Virus record (IMG/VR): IMGVR_UViG_3300030330_006035
Span: 1-52,208 of that record
DNA: 52,208 nucleotides
Direction: 5' to 3' (one strand)
DNA from: a virus
In this document: positions 15,497-23,900 of the stretch, one piece after another
Layout of the letters: every line of letters starts with the position of its first letter
Numbering within the stretch: position 1 is the first letter of the stretch
Made by a program: the position numbers and the translations under genes
The notes under the pieces: generated by a model
The model's database searches: none
What the model saw: only the letters and a program-made list of their open reading frames with translations
What the model was told of the DNA's origin: nothing

Positions 15497-15558
15497 TACT
15501 CCCCCACTGCAGCCCTGTCCTCCCCTTCCCGGGGAGGCGGGGCCTTCAGGAGACAACC

Positions 15559-15771
15559 ATGCCTATCTACAAAGTGACAAGAAGCGATGCCGTCATCCAG
15601 TACAGAACCTGGGAAGTGGAGGCTCGTGACGAAGAACAAGCTCAAGACATTGCTGAGATGGAAGAGAATGATCCATTCCACATGCGTCTTGAGTACGTAG
15701 AACATGCCCCTCAGTGGCAGATCCAAGACATCACATCAGGATTACAAGATGACCCACCGGGGCAAGAGTGA
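15559..15771 (+). CDS. Hypothetical acidic protein (70 aa).
   Basis: RBS AGGAGA upstream. Preceded by the stem-loop CCTCCCC/GGGGAGG at 15519-15537. Confidence 0.6.
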   Translation: MPIYKVTRSDAVIQYRTWEVEARDEEQAQDIAEMEENDPFHMRLEYVEHAPQWQIQDITSGLQDDPPGQE

Positions 15772-15973
15772 ATACAACTACGGCCCCCGTGGGGGGATGT
15801 ACAAGAACAGCCGGTGGACTGAAGAAGTCCTGGGCGAAGTGGTAACAATCAAATGTCCGGACTGCGGAGAAGAAGATCCAGACCACCTAGGCGAGACATT
15901 CAAGGGTAACTACGGACGCGTCCATTACCGCTGCAAACATTGTCAGTATGTCTGGTCAGAGAAGATTGTATAA
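15749..15973 (+). CDS. Zinc-ribbon protein (74 aa).
   Basis: CPDCGEE...CKHCQY (CxxC...CxxC). Internal ATG of ORF 15704-15973. Confidence 0.55.
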   Translation: MTHRGKSEYNYGPRGGMYKNSRWTEEVLGEVVTIKCPDCGEEDPDHLGETFKGNYGRVHYRCKHCQYVWSEKIV

Positions 15974-15980
15974 TCCGTGA

Positions 15981-16514
15981 GTGGGATCCGACCATAACAA
16001 TACGCACCGCAGCACAGAAGATGACCCTCTTCCCGGGGGTCATTTTCTATTTGAGGGACAGGTAGATGCACTCGTCAGATACTCCGACGACACCGGCAGA
16101 TTGGCCGGGCGCAGCATTTTGGTAGATCCCATCAAAGAACTAACCGTGCCCGACCACGCAGTAGTGGGGGAGAATCAGTTTCGCCTGAGCTCTTGCGTAC
16201 TGGTAGGGCGCTGGTCAGAGAACTGGCTGCTCTTCTGCTGGGGCACCAACGACGCAACGCGCGCAGAGCACGAGAGACTGATAGAGCGAACAGAAGGCAG
16301 CACCAACCACCTAAGGTGGATCTCGAGCACCCGGGTTGTAATGTACTGGAACGGCAAAGGCAAGGCCACCAGGTCCAGCATACGTCTGAACAAGGAAACG
16401 ATGGAAGACCTAGATAGGGCAGACACCCGCTTCATTGGAGCCCTGATGCCTAAGAGACACGCTTGTGCATACAGGGTTCAGGGAACTCTGGCTCATCTTT
16501 GGGTGCATCTTTGA
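15981..16514 (+). CDS. Hypothetical protein with an uncertain start (GTG 15981 or later).
   Basis: Protein-like composition, whereas the antisense ORF 16175-16435 is S/L/R-rich. A terminator-like hairpin lies within its first 70 nt. The 3' end overlaps the convergent sigma gene by 65 nt. Confidence 0.35.
   Translation: MGSDHNNTHRSTEDDPLPGGHFLFEGQVDALVRYSDDTGRLAGRSILVDPIKELTVPDHAVVGENQFRLSSCVLVGRWSENWLLFCWGTNDATRAEHERLIERTEGSTNHLRWISSTRVVMYWNGKGKATRSSIRLNKETMEDLDRADTRFIGALMPKRHACAYRVQGTLAHLWVHL
16021..16052 (+). terminator. Terminator-like stem-loop at the end of the rightward arm.
   Basis: ATGACCC pairs with GGGTCAT, followed by TTTCTATTT. It lies inside the 5' part of ORF 15981-16514. Confidence 0.45.
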
Positions 16515-17022
16515 TCCAGTTGTTCAGCTTTGGTCGAATTGACTCATTGATAATCTGACCTACTCTTGACGTGCTGATACCTAGACGCGTAGCAATATCG
16601 GCACGTGTCCTGTTCTCCATCAACATCGACACAATTCGCCGCTCCCTCACCGTCAGATCTATCTCGCTGAAGTCTACGTCACGGGCTGTTTCTATGCCTG
16701 GAGTGATGGACTCCAGACACTCGACCGAGGGGGCACGCTGAACCCAAGTGCGCCTGCGTCCGCCATTCTCTTTGGGTACCCAGTGGATCGTACGTCCCAA
16801 GTATCTCTGGTACGTGTACGAAAGATCTGTCCTGAGACAGGAACCTAGAAAGACAGTGGGTGTCCCTTTCTTCTTGTCGTACTTTTCTCTGAGCAGAAAG
16901 TCGGCACGCAAGAAAGCCTCTGACAAAGTGTCTTCAAAAGTCCACTGCTCGAACCATTTGTTACGCACCGCACGCTGTGTCCAGCGGACGAGGAACCCCA
17001 TATGTTCCTCAGCTGGGCTCAC
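16450..17022 (-). CDS. Sigma-70-family (ECF-like) sigma factor.
   Basis: Region-2-like TFEDTLSEAFLRA and region-4 HTH LTVRERRIVSMLMENRTRADIATRLGISTSRVGQIINESI. The GTG start overlaps the upstream stop (GTGA). Confidence 0.7.
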   Translation of the reverse strand: MSPAEEHMGFLVRWTQRAVRNKWFEQWTFEDTLSEAFLRADFLLREKYDKKKGTPTVFLGSCLRTDLSYTYQRYLGRTIHWVPKENGGRRRTWVQRAPSVECLESITPGIETARDVDFSEIDLTVRERRIVSMLMENRTRADIATRLGISTSRVGQIINESIRPKLNNWIKDAPKDEPEFPEPCMHKRVS

Positions 17023-17207
17023 TCTTCCTCTTCATCCTCGTCTTCATCATCACCCTCCACTAGGGTGTGCTCTGACTCCCAGATGATGTCGTTCTTGATC
17101 TCTTCTAATACACCGATCACGGCATGTTTGCCGAGGTCCCACTCGCTAGCCCAGTTCTGGCAGATGGTTAGTAGTTGTCGATACAGAACTTCGGCGGGGG
17201 GTCTCAT
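17019..17207 (-). CDS. Small protein with a poly-acidic tail (62 aa).
   Basis: Ends ...VEGDDEDEDEEEE. Coupled upstream (ATGA) and downstream (GTGA). Confidence 0.6.
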   Translation of the reverse strand: MRPPAEVLYRQLLTICQNWASEWDLGKHAVIGVLEEIKNDIIWESEHTLVEGDDEDEDEEEE

Positions 17208-17965
17208 AGCATTCTCTCCAATCGGGCTGACCAGTTACGTGTACGCATACGGTCGGGTCGATCAGTGAGACACTCAATGATGCCAACAGCACTCCCCCAC
17301 TGGGAGGTGTCCTTGCGCTGCATGTAGTCTGGCTTCATGGGTCCGCAGGTACCGACGTTCATGTACCACCAGGGAAGAGGCACTTTGCGGGTACGCATGC
17401 ACTGAGTTGGGTCTACGGGGCGGTGGGTATGACCACGAACGAACAGGCGCCACGGGTCACAGCCAGTAAAGTTGTTGAACTGAAGAGCTTCTGTCTCATC
17501 GCTGGTAGCACCAGCATCAAAGCCGTGGTAGAATACGCACTGACCTACCTTGTAGCAGCCACGTTCGGACTTCTCATAGGGTAGCCATTGCCAGTTGGAG
17601 AACTCACTATGGTGCAGGTGCGGATTGATCAGCTCACGGAGAGCCCTTGGGATACGACGGGGGTCGGCGACTCTGAGGTTGTCGTCATGGTTACCCATGG
17701 TGATAACTCTCTTGCACTCTGTCGGAAGGATCTTTCTGATTTCACACAAGAGGGAGCCCGCTTGGTCGTACTCCTCCCGAAGAGTATGCGTGTGCTCGTT
17801 GGGGTGCACGCTGGCAGCGCTGGCATCGAAGAGGTCACCGAGGTGGATGAAGTGGGTGACATCCTTCGCCTCTCTCTCCAGAACACCCAAGAGCCAACTA
17901 ATAGTTGACTCCGGGGTGAACGGAGCATGTGTGCATGAGATTGTTAGAATCTTTGCACGCGTCAT
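17204..17965 (-). CDS. Calcineurin-like metallophosphoesterase.
   Basis: SCTHAP, HLGDLFD, MGNHDDN and RGHTH form the canonical metallophosphoesterase motif set (DxH / GDxxD / GNH[DE] / GH). Confidence 0.75.
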   Translation of the reverse strand: MTRAKILTISCTHAPFTPESTISWLLGVLEREAKDVTHFIHLGDLFDASAASVHPNEHTHTLREEYDQAGSLLCEIRKILPTECKRVITMGNHDDNLRVADPRRIPRALRELINPHLHHSEFSNWQWLPYEKSERGCYKVGQCVFYHGFDAGATSDETEALQFNNFTGCDPWRLFVRGHTHRPVDPTQCMRTRKVPLPWWYMNVGTCGPMKPDYMQRKDTSQWGSAVGIIECLTDRPDRMRTRNWSARLERML

Positions 17966-17968
17966 TAC

Positions 17969-18064
17969 TTAGCGACTGCGTTTGCCTTGGGTCTTTTTCT
18001 TCCCATTGGTCTTTTTCTTCATACCCTTTTTCTTTTTACCTTGGGTCTTCTTCTTTCCTGGCAT
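17969..18064 (-). CDS. Tiny lysine-rich peptide (31 aa), MPGKKKTQGKKKKGMKKKTNGKKKTQGKRSR.
   Basis: Internal ATG of ORF 17969-18166. It overlaps the 3' end of the upstream gene by 29 nt. Confidence 0.4.
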   Translation of the reverse strand: MPGKKKTQGKKKKGMKKKTNGKKKTQGKRSR

Positions 18065-18569
18065 TTTGTAAACTCCTTCGGGACTCGACATAGTCCCTAA
18101 AATCTTGACTGGTCTTGTCGTAGTAACCAGCCTTCTCGAGAAGGTAAGACAAACGATTTGTCTCACTCAAAGATTGAATCATTACAAGGCCGTAGGCTTC
18201 GTCAGTGACGGCCCCCCATGTTTCAGGATCCAGTGTTTCGTCATCGGGGTCATCATCCCCTGGCATCATTACCACCCCCCATACATCCCATGACTTCCAG
18301 TAGTTGTTGAGAGTCTCTATTGACTGTTCAAGGTCGGGGTAGTCTGGGTCGTATGCAAGCACATAGATGTCCTTGTCTTTATCCTCTTGGAACCTACCGT
18401 ACATACGCATCGGCTCTTCATCGCATACCTGGATGAGAGCTTTGTCCATGTCCAAAGTTTTCTTGGCAAAGGGGCAGGGCTTGTTGCCGCTGTAGTGATC
18501 GCTCGGAACGTTGAGGTAATTCACCGTCCAGTTGTGAATCTCTTTCTCGAAGTCGCTCTGGCTAATCAT
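18036..18569 (-). CDS. Hypothetical protein (177 aa).
   Basis: ATG at 18569 lies 6 nt after AAGGAG and makes an ATGA overlap with the upstream ORF. Confidence 0.65.
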   Translation of the reverse strand: MISQSDFEKEIHNWTVNYLNVPSDHYSGNKPCPFAKKTLDMDKALIQVCDEEPMRMYGRFQEDKDKDIYVLAYDPDYPDLEQSIETLNNYWKSWDVWGVVMMPGDDDPDDETLDPETWGAVTDEAYGLVMIQSLSETNRLSYLLEKAGYYDKTSQDFRDYVESRRSLQNARKEEDPR

Positions 18570-18976
18570 CGCTGTCTCCTTGGCGTGAGAGCCCAAAGAG
18601 GCAAGAACCATAGAGGGGTCGCTTCTGGCACCGCAGCGGCTTGTGGCTCAAGGAAGAGGCTCATATCAGGAGCAGAGTAACTCGGCAGATACGAGCCAGC
18701 CACGTGCCAAGTCTCTGGATTTAGTTGTGGGGTGTAAGGCTCATACTCAGCAACGTCAGGAACGTCAGGAACGTCAGCCACGGTAGTCACCTTCTCCACC
18801 GTGTCGAAGACAGCCATGGCTTTGTCAAGAGTCTCTTTGGCTACAAGTGTGCTGACCACCGTCAATGCGATAGTCAAGCGTTGTGACTGTTTGTCGAGAC
18901 GCTTTCGTTCCGTCTCGCAGTTAGCCCTCGCCTGGTTCTCTGCCTTTTCTCGTGCTGCACACTTCTCACATGTCAC
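18566..18976 (-). CDS. Hypothetical membrane-associated protein with an uncertain start (GTG 18976; the ORF extends to 19021).
   Basis: Hydrophobic segment LTIALTVVSTLVA and a DVPDVPDV repeat encoded by a 3 x 9-bp tandem repeat at 18752-18778. Confidence 0.4.
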   Translation of the reverse strand: MTCEKCAAREKAENQARANCETERKRLDKQSQRLTIALTVVSTLVAKETLDKAMAVFDTVEKVTTVADVPDVPDVAEYEPYTPQLNPETWHVAGSYLPSYSAPDMSLFLEPQAAAVPEATPLWFLPLWALTPRRQR

Positions 18977-20015
18977 AGTCGCCCCACTCAGACAGCACCT
19001 TGACAATGGCGTTGAAGCCATTGTTTGTCTGGGGGTGATACTTATATGAAGACACGTCCCCCAGGACTTGCAGTAAATCTTGGAACCCCACTATGCCGTC
19101 CTCGTTCAGGTCTGACGGGCAAGAGTTGTCCGCTTGGTAGTTGACTTGGTATGGCGACGGCTCACAGGGGTGGTCGTTGCCGCAAGCAAACCGCACAACA
19201 CCAGAAGACGCGAAGGAATCGGGACCAGTGAACCTAGCGATGTGAAACGAACCAGGCCACTTCTCGCTACCCCAGTCTACGTCAGCGTTCCATCGGATCA
19301 GATCACCGTAGTCATTCTGAGATGGAGCAGAGCAGCACCTCTCGGATGGAATCACACCCACAGGGAAGGGCTCCCAGTACTTGATAACCCTGTTTAGTGT
19401 TGGGTGGGGGGTAATAAGATCCTTGTGCTGCTGCTGCACCAGCGGGTACTTGTATTGCTGCGAGTTGCCGTACTTCTTGCCGAGTGGTCCATGCAGAATC
19501 CATGAGTCACACCATGCATAGTCAAGGTCAACTATGTCAGCCGTCCGTGGGCAGCATCCTTGTGGTCCCTCAAAGATCCAGTTGATCGGGGTGAAGTTCA
19601 TACCCAAATACATCCACCGCTGGTACGGGTTGGCTTGGATGCAGTCCCAATACTCGCCTGCCTCTGGACAAAGAATCCCGGTATCTATCTCCCAGTATTC
19701 GATGCACTCTTGGCAGTTCTCCAGCCAAGGGTATAGGTGGTCAGGTCTGTGGTTCTTGAAGATATCACCCACGATTGCCCACTGAAACGCTCTAGCCGGT
19801 GACTCGTTGCCCCGGGTACAGCCAATCATGTACGGACGTCGCGGGTCGCCATTAGGGTATGAGAAGTCTGGGTCAAAACCGGTTTGGATATAGACATCAA
19901 ACGTCCGACCGAAAGGGGTCAGACGTCCGAGATCATCAATCCACATGGCTACTGCGTCGGGGTCAGCTGGTGGCCCCCCCACTAGCAGCGATAGTAATAG
20001 GGTTAGCATTTCCAT
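18966..20015 (-). CDS. Secreted Cys- and Trp-rich protein with a dockerin-like C-terminal module (349 aa).
   Basis: Signal-like N-terminus MEMLTLLLSLLVGGPP. About 14 Cys and about 14 Trp by my count. C-terminus CPSDLNEDGIVGFQDLLQVLGDV...WGDC resembles a dockerin / EF-hand-like repeat. Confidence 0.65.
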   Translation of the reverse strand: MEMLTLLLSLLVGGPPADPDAVAMWIDDLGRLTPFGRTFDVYIQTGFDPDFSYPNGDPRRPYMIGCTRGNESPARAFQWAIVGDIFKNHRPDHLYPWLENCQECIEYWEIDTGILCPEAGEYWDCIQANPYQRWMYLGMNFTPINWIFEGPQGCCPRTADIVDLDYAWCDSWILHGPLGKKYGNSQQYKYPLVQQQHKDLITPHPTLNRVIKYWEPFPVGVIPSERCCSAPSQNDYGDLIRWNADVDWGSEKWPGSFHIARFTGPDSFASSGVVRFACGNDHPCEPSPYQVNYQADNSCPSDLNEDGIVGFQDLLQVLGDVSSYKYHPQTNNGFNAIVKVLSEWGDCDM

Positions 20016-20275
20016 CTCCGTCGTGCAGCGCAGATACGCTTCTTTGGGGTCTTAGAGCAGTTCACTCCGTGCATCTTCATCTGCCCCTTAGAGCGAGCGC
20101 AGTACGAGGTTCGTCGTTTGCCTCCGCCTGGCTGGGGAGCTTTGAGCTTGCTGCCAGTTGCACGGTTGTACTTGGCTCGGCCTTTGGCAGTAAGACCTGC
20201 ACCCTGAGATGCAGGCTTCTTCTCGCCGCGACCGACTGAGAGTGATACGTTTTTGCGCTTCTTCTTCTTGGCCAT
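20003..20275 (-). CDS. Small basic protein (90 aa).
   Basis: MAKKKKRKNVSL...GLTAKGRAKYNRATGSKLKAPQPGGGKRRTSYCARSKG...ICAARRRWKC. TAATG coupling with the upstream ORF. Confidence 0.6.
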   Translation of the reverse strand: MAKKKKRKNVSLSVGRGEKKPASQGAGLTAKGRAKYNRATGSKLKAPQPGGGKRRTSYCARSKGQMKMHGVNCSKTPKKRICAARRRWKC

Positions 20276-20511
20276 TACTTCTTCTTCCTGGTTTTCTTCT
20301 TCCAAGAGATACGAGCAGGACCTGTCTTCCGTTTGGCAGCGGAGTTGCACTGAGCCTTAGTAGGACGACAAGCAGGATAAGGACGATTCTTATCCTTCTT
20401 GCCGCTCCTTCCGCAAGGCTTGCCGGTCTTGCAGTCGATCCAGCCTTTGCCTTTGTTCTGACTGAACCACTTGCGTAGACCACCGGACGTAGCGGACTTC
20501 TTCTTAGCCAC
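20275..20511 (-). CDS. Small basic Cys-containing protein (78 aa).
   Basis: ...GGLRKWFSQNKGKGWIDCKTGKPCGRSGKKDKNRPYPACRPTKAQC... GTG start overlapping the upstream stop. Confidence 0.6.
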   Translation of the reverse strand: MAKKKSATSGGLRKWFSQNKGKGWIDCKTGKPCGRSGKKDKNRPYPACRPTKAQCNSAAKRKTGPARISWKKKTRKKK

Positions 20512-20668
20512 GCTTCATGATCTTGTCTTGCAAGAATTTAGGCAGTGTCTTCTGCTTTGCCGTCAGCCTCTTGCCGTTCTTGGCTGCGGGCTTCTTGGCT
20601 CCGGCCTTGGCTTTCTTGATGCCCTTCTTTAGGCCGTTCTTTGCTTTACCGTTTGGTCGCATTGCCAT
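20504..20668 (-). CDS. Tiny basic protein (54 aa).
   Basis: Hand-translated base by base: MAMRPNGKAKNGLKKGIKKAKAGAKKPAAKNGKRLTAKQKTLPKFLQDKIMKRG. TAATG coupling upstream. Confidence 0.55.
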   Translation of the reverse strand: MAMRPNGKAKNGLKKGIKKAKAGAKKPAAKNGKRLTAKQKTLPKFLQDKIMKRG

Positions 20669-20823
20669 TACTTTTTCCTTTTGCTTTTGTTGCCATAGTT
20701 AGCAGCGCCTTTCTTACGGCACTGCACGATTCGACCAGATGCATACGCCGAAGGGAACACCTTGGCGGTTGCCTTTACCTTGTGGTAGCAGGCATCTTTC
20801 TTACCTTTTTTCTTAGCGGGCAC
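20668..20823 (-). CDS. Tiny basic protein (51 aa).
   Basis: Hand-translated: (GTG)PAKKKGKKDACYHKVKATAKVFPSAYASGRIVQCRKKGAANYGNKSKRKK. AAGAAAGGA lies 8 nt upstream of the GTG. Confidence 0.55.
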   Translation of the reverse strand: MPAKKKGKKDACYHKVKATAKVFPSAYASGRIVQCRKKGAANYGNKSKRKK

Positions 20824-20911
20824 GTCGTCGTCCTTTCTTCGCAGGTTTCTTTTTGGGGACGGCAGTTTTTTTCATCTTACCGCATCCGCAATCATGTCCT
20901 TTTTTGTGCAT
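20813..20911 (-). CDS. Tiny basic peptide (32 aa).
   Basis: Hand-translated: MHKKGHDCGCGKMKKTAVPKKKPAKKGRRRAR. No clear RBS, and the start could be the second ATG. Confidence 0.35.
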   Translation of the reverse strand: MHKKGHDCGCGKMKKTAVPKKKPAKKGRRRAR

Positions 20912-20926
20912 ATTGGTAAAGTCGGA

Positions 20927-23900
20927 TCAGAAGCCTTGGAATCTCTCGAACACCTCGGGCTGCAGGAGCTCACGCTGCCTCTCTGTCTCTTGAATGGACC
21001 GTTTGATCTCTTGGAGAACTTCTGGAGACAAAGAGACGGGTACTTGAGTGGGGGTAACTGCCTGCCTCTGTGAGGTGGTGGGCATATTCAACAACACTTC
21101 CTGTGGAGTCTGCACCCGTTCTGGTCTTGATGCTGCTTCTTGCTGGAAGTAAGACCGGATCTCGGGAGGCATACGGTCCATCATGCGTAGGGAGCGCGGA
21201 GTCTCCATGCCCTTTACCGCAGCCTTGATCTGCTGGGTGGTGACAGGCAAACGGAACCCATACTTGCGTTGGAACTCTGCGTTGATCCTCTCTCCCTCAG
21301 CCACATCCCCCTTCCGCACGACAGCGTCGATCCATCTACGCCGTTGCTGGTTGATCTGATCTCTCTGGCGCACCATGTAGCCGTCGATGTCACGGCTGTA
21401 CTGAGGCAGAGAAAGGTTTGCACCTAGACCTCTGAGAATTAGAGATGACGGGCTTTGGTAGTCGACCAGTGTGCCGTCGGACTTCTTGATGGGAATCAAA
21501 CCATCAGGGGTCATGTTCTCGTAGTCCCCGTAGAACTTCTGAGCGGGGGATGCAATGCTCGTAAGGAAGTTGCTCTTGGCATCAGGGGCTACCTGCAGTG
21601 CACGCTGGAGTGCAATACCACCAGGAACGGATCTTGCCATGGCGTCACCGATTAGCTGGACATCTCCCCTCATCACACCCTCAAAGGCAGATGCAGAAAT
21701 GCCTATGACTGGAGGCACCACAAATGGGAACTCACCTCGGGCTAGTTTCTCAGGGTTGGCAAATGCTTTGTAAGACTCAATCGCTCCACCTCGAGACAGG
21801 TCTGCACCGATGAGTCCCTTTGCCCCTTCGTAAATCAGAGCACTTACACCGATCATGCGGAGCGGGTCAGCCAGTCGGAAGGGAACTTCTAGGTCGGTGC
21901 CTCGAATGAACCGTTGTCCTCCTTGAACCATGCCTCCACCGATAAACGATGAGGTCAAAGTACGCAGACCAAACGACTGGAACTGTCGAAGCAAGGGGTC
22001 AGACAGGGGTCCACGCATGAACATCATAGGAGTACCCAAGATGTCAGCACCAAACTGGAACTGCTGCACGGCCTTGGTTGCGTCGTACTTAAACGCTTCT
22101 TCTGTCACAGAGTTACCAAACACCGTCTTGCCATCTGGTCCCTTGTTGGCCAGCCCACGAGCCAGATAGTTGTGCTTCATGGCATGCACCGTAGTCAGAC
22201 GGTTCATCCATTCAGTCTTTTCAAATCCTTTGAGGCTGAAGTCCACAACCTTGTTGACGTCGAAGTTGGCACCCCGTGCGATGCGCTGTGCGTCCATCAG
22301 TCGGTCGATATCAGAGATAACGTCGCCCATAATCCCTGCTTCTTCAGGGAACTCAAGGACCTCTTCCAGAATCTCGCGTCGTTGCTCTGGAGTAATTCTT
22401 ACGCCGAAGTCCATACGACGTCGTGCGTACCGGGTAAGGTCGTCTGCTGCGTTTGCCATCCCCTTGACGGTGGCTTCCATACCCACAATCGTTTGCAGGT
22501 GCAAAAAGGGCTGCTGAAGGTTCAGCAAAATAGAACCAAAGTTCATACCGAGGTGGGATGCATACAGGTAACTGGCTGCGTTGTTCCGCACAGGGTCGAT
22601 CAGCTCTGCTGCGTCTCGGCTAGCAAAGTACTTGATCTGCTTCATCGCCTCCTTCATGGTGGGGCTGGCGTCAGATAGTTTTTGAGCAAGAATACTGTTG
22701 GCGAACTTCTCCCCCACTGCCTGTGCTTGGCGTGTAGCGAACGTCACAAGGCTGGCTTGGTCAGTACGCATACCCAGTGCGGCAGGAATGATTGTCTCTC
22801 GGAACAACTCGTAGGCTTTCTCGCCCCGCAGCTTGGACAGTTCTGGTGCTACCTGCGCAGTGTCGGAGGCTACGGTACGCAGCTGGTTACCTACCTGCTC
22901 AAGAAGGTCAGCACGTGTCCATCCCCCTGGGGGTGCAACACTGTCTTCAAACACTTGCATCAGACGAGGTGCTTCTGCGCCTTTCTTGTACGCTCGTGCT
23001 CGCACTTGCGTCACGCTTTCGCCAAACCTCTCTGCTCCCTCAGGGGTAAGCAGGGACTCTCTTTGTGCAAGCCGCTCAAGGTCGGTGATCTCGTCGATGT
23101 AGAGGGCGTGGTCTCTTGCTGTCTGCAGATGGTAGGTTTCGTAGCTTCGGTTGAAGTCGATGCGCCGCATGGGCACAATACGCCCCTCTGCTTTGTTAGC
23201 ATCTGCGTACCTAATCACCCTTTGACTTAGATCCTGGTGGTATTTGTACCCGCCTGCTGTTTGACCCCCCACTGCCTCTGCTGCCCGACGAGCTCGGTCT
23301 AGGTCTTCGGGCAGGTACGCGACCTCGTTGATGTTTCTACGTGCAGACCGGCCAGATGCAAACATCTGGGACATCTCGTTACGGATGTCTCGTCCGCCTT
23401 TTACGTCAAAGGTAGGGCGGTCAAGACCGGTAGCCTCCACAAACTTAAATGGTTCGTTGGGCCCCCGCTTGAACGTGTAGAAGTCCATCTGATTACGTGG
23501 AAAGTACGAGCCGCCAGCAAACAGGTCGTTGGCCATACCTCTGGTCATCAGGTCTACAAACTCATCGTCCCCAATATTCAGTGGCTTACCGGACATCAGG
23601 TTTGCCCGCATCTCTCTACTCATCAAACGATCAAAGAATCCAGGCAGCTGGACTGATTCGTCGATGTGCGGGCTCTGCAGTGCGTTCTTCAGCCGAATGA
23701 CTTTGTTGGGGTCAATCAGTTCTTTGGCTGCTTCTAGTCGTTTGGCTCCATCAGCCATGCCTTCCACTGCACGGACCTGGTCTAGGCTAACTCCCTCTTT
23801 TAGATAGTTCCTAGACATGCGTAGACGGAAGCTGTCACGGTGCGCCTCTGCCAGGTCGTACAGTCCACGTTGTTTGAGTACGTTGTCCAGTCCACCTGCA

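Noticed and set aside
18752-18778. 3 x 9-bp tandem repeat (AACGTCAGG AACGTCAGG AACGTCAGC).
   Set aside because: It is real but short and in frame, encoding DVPDVPDV in ORF 18566-18976. It is most simply a small coding repeat rather than a regulatory element.
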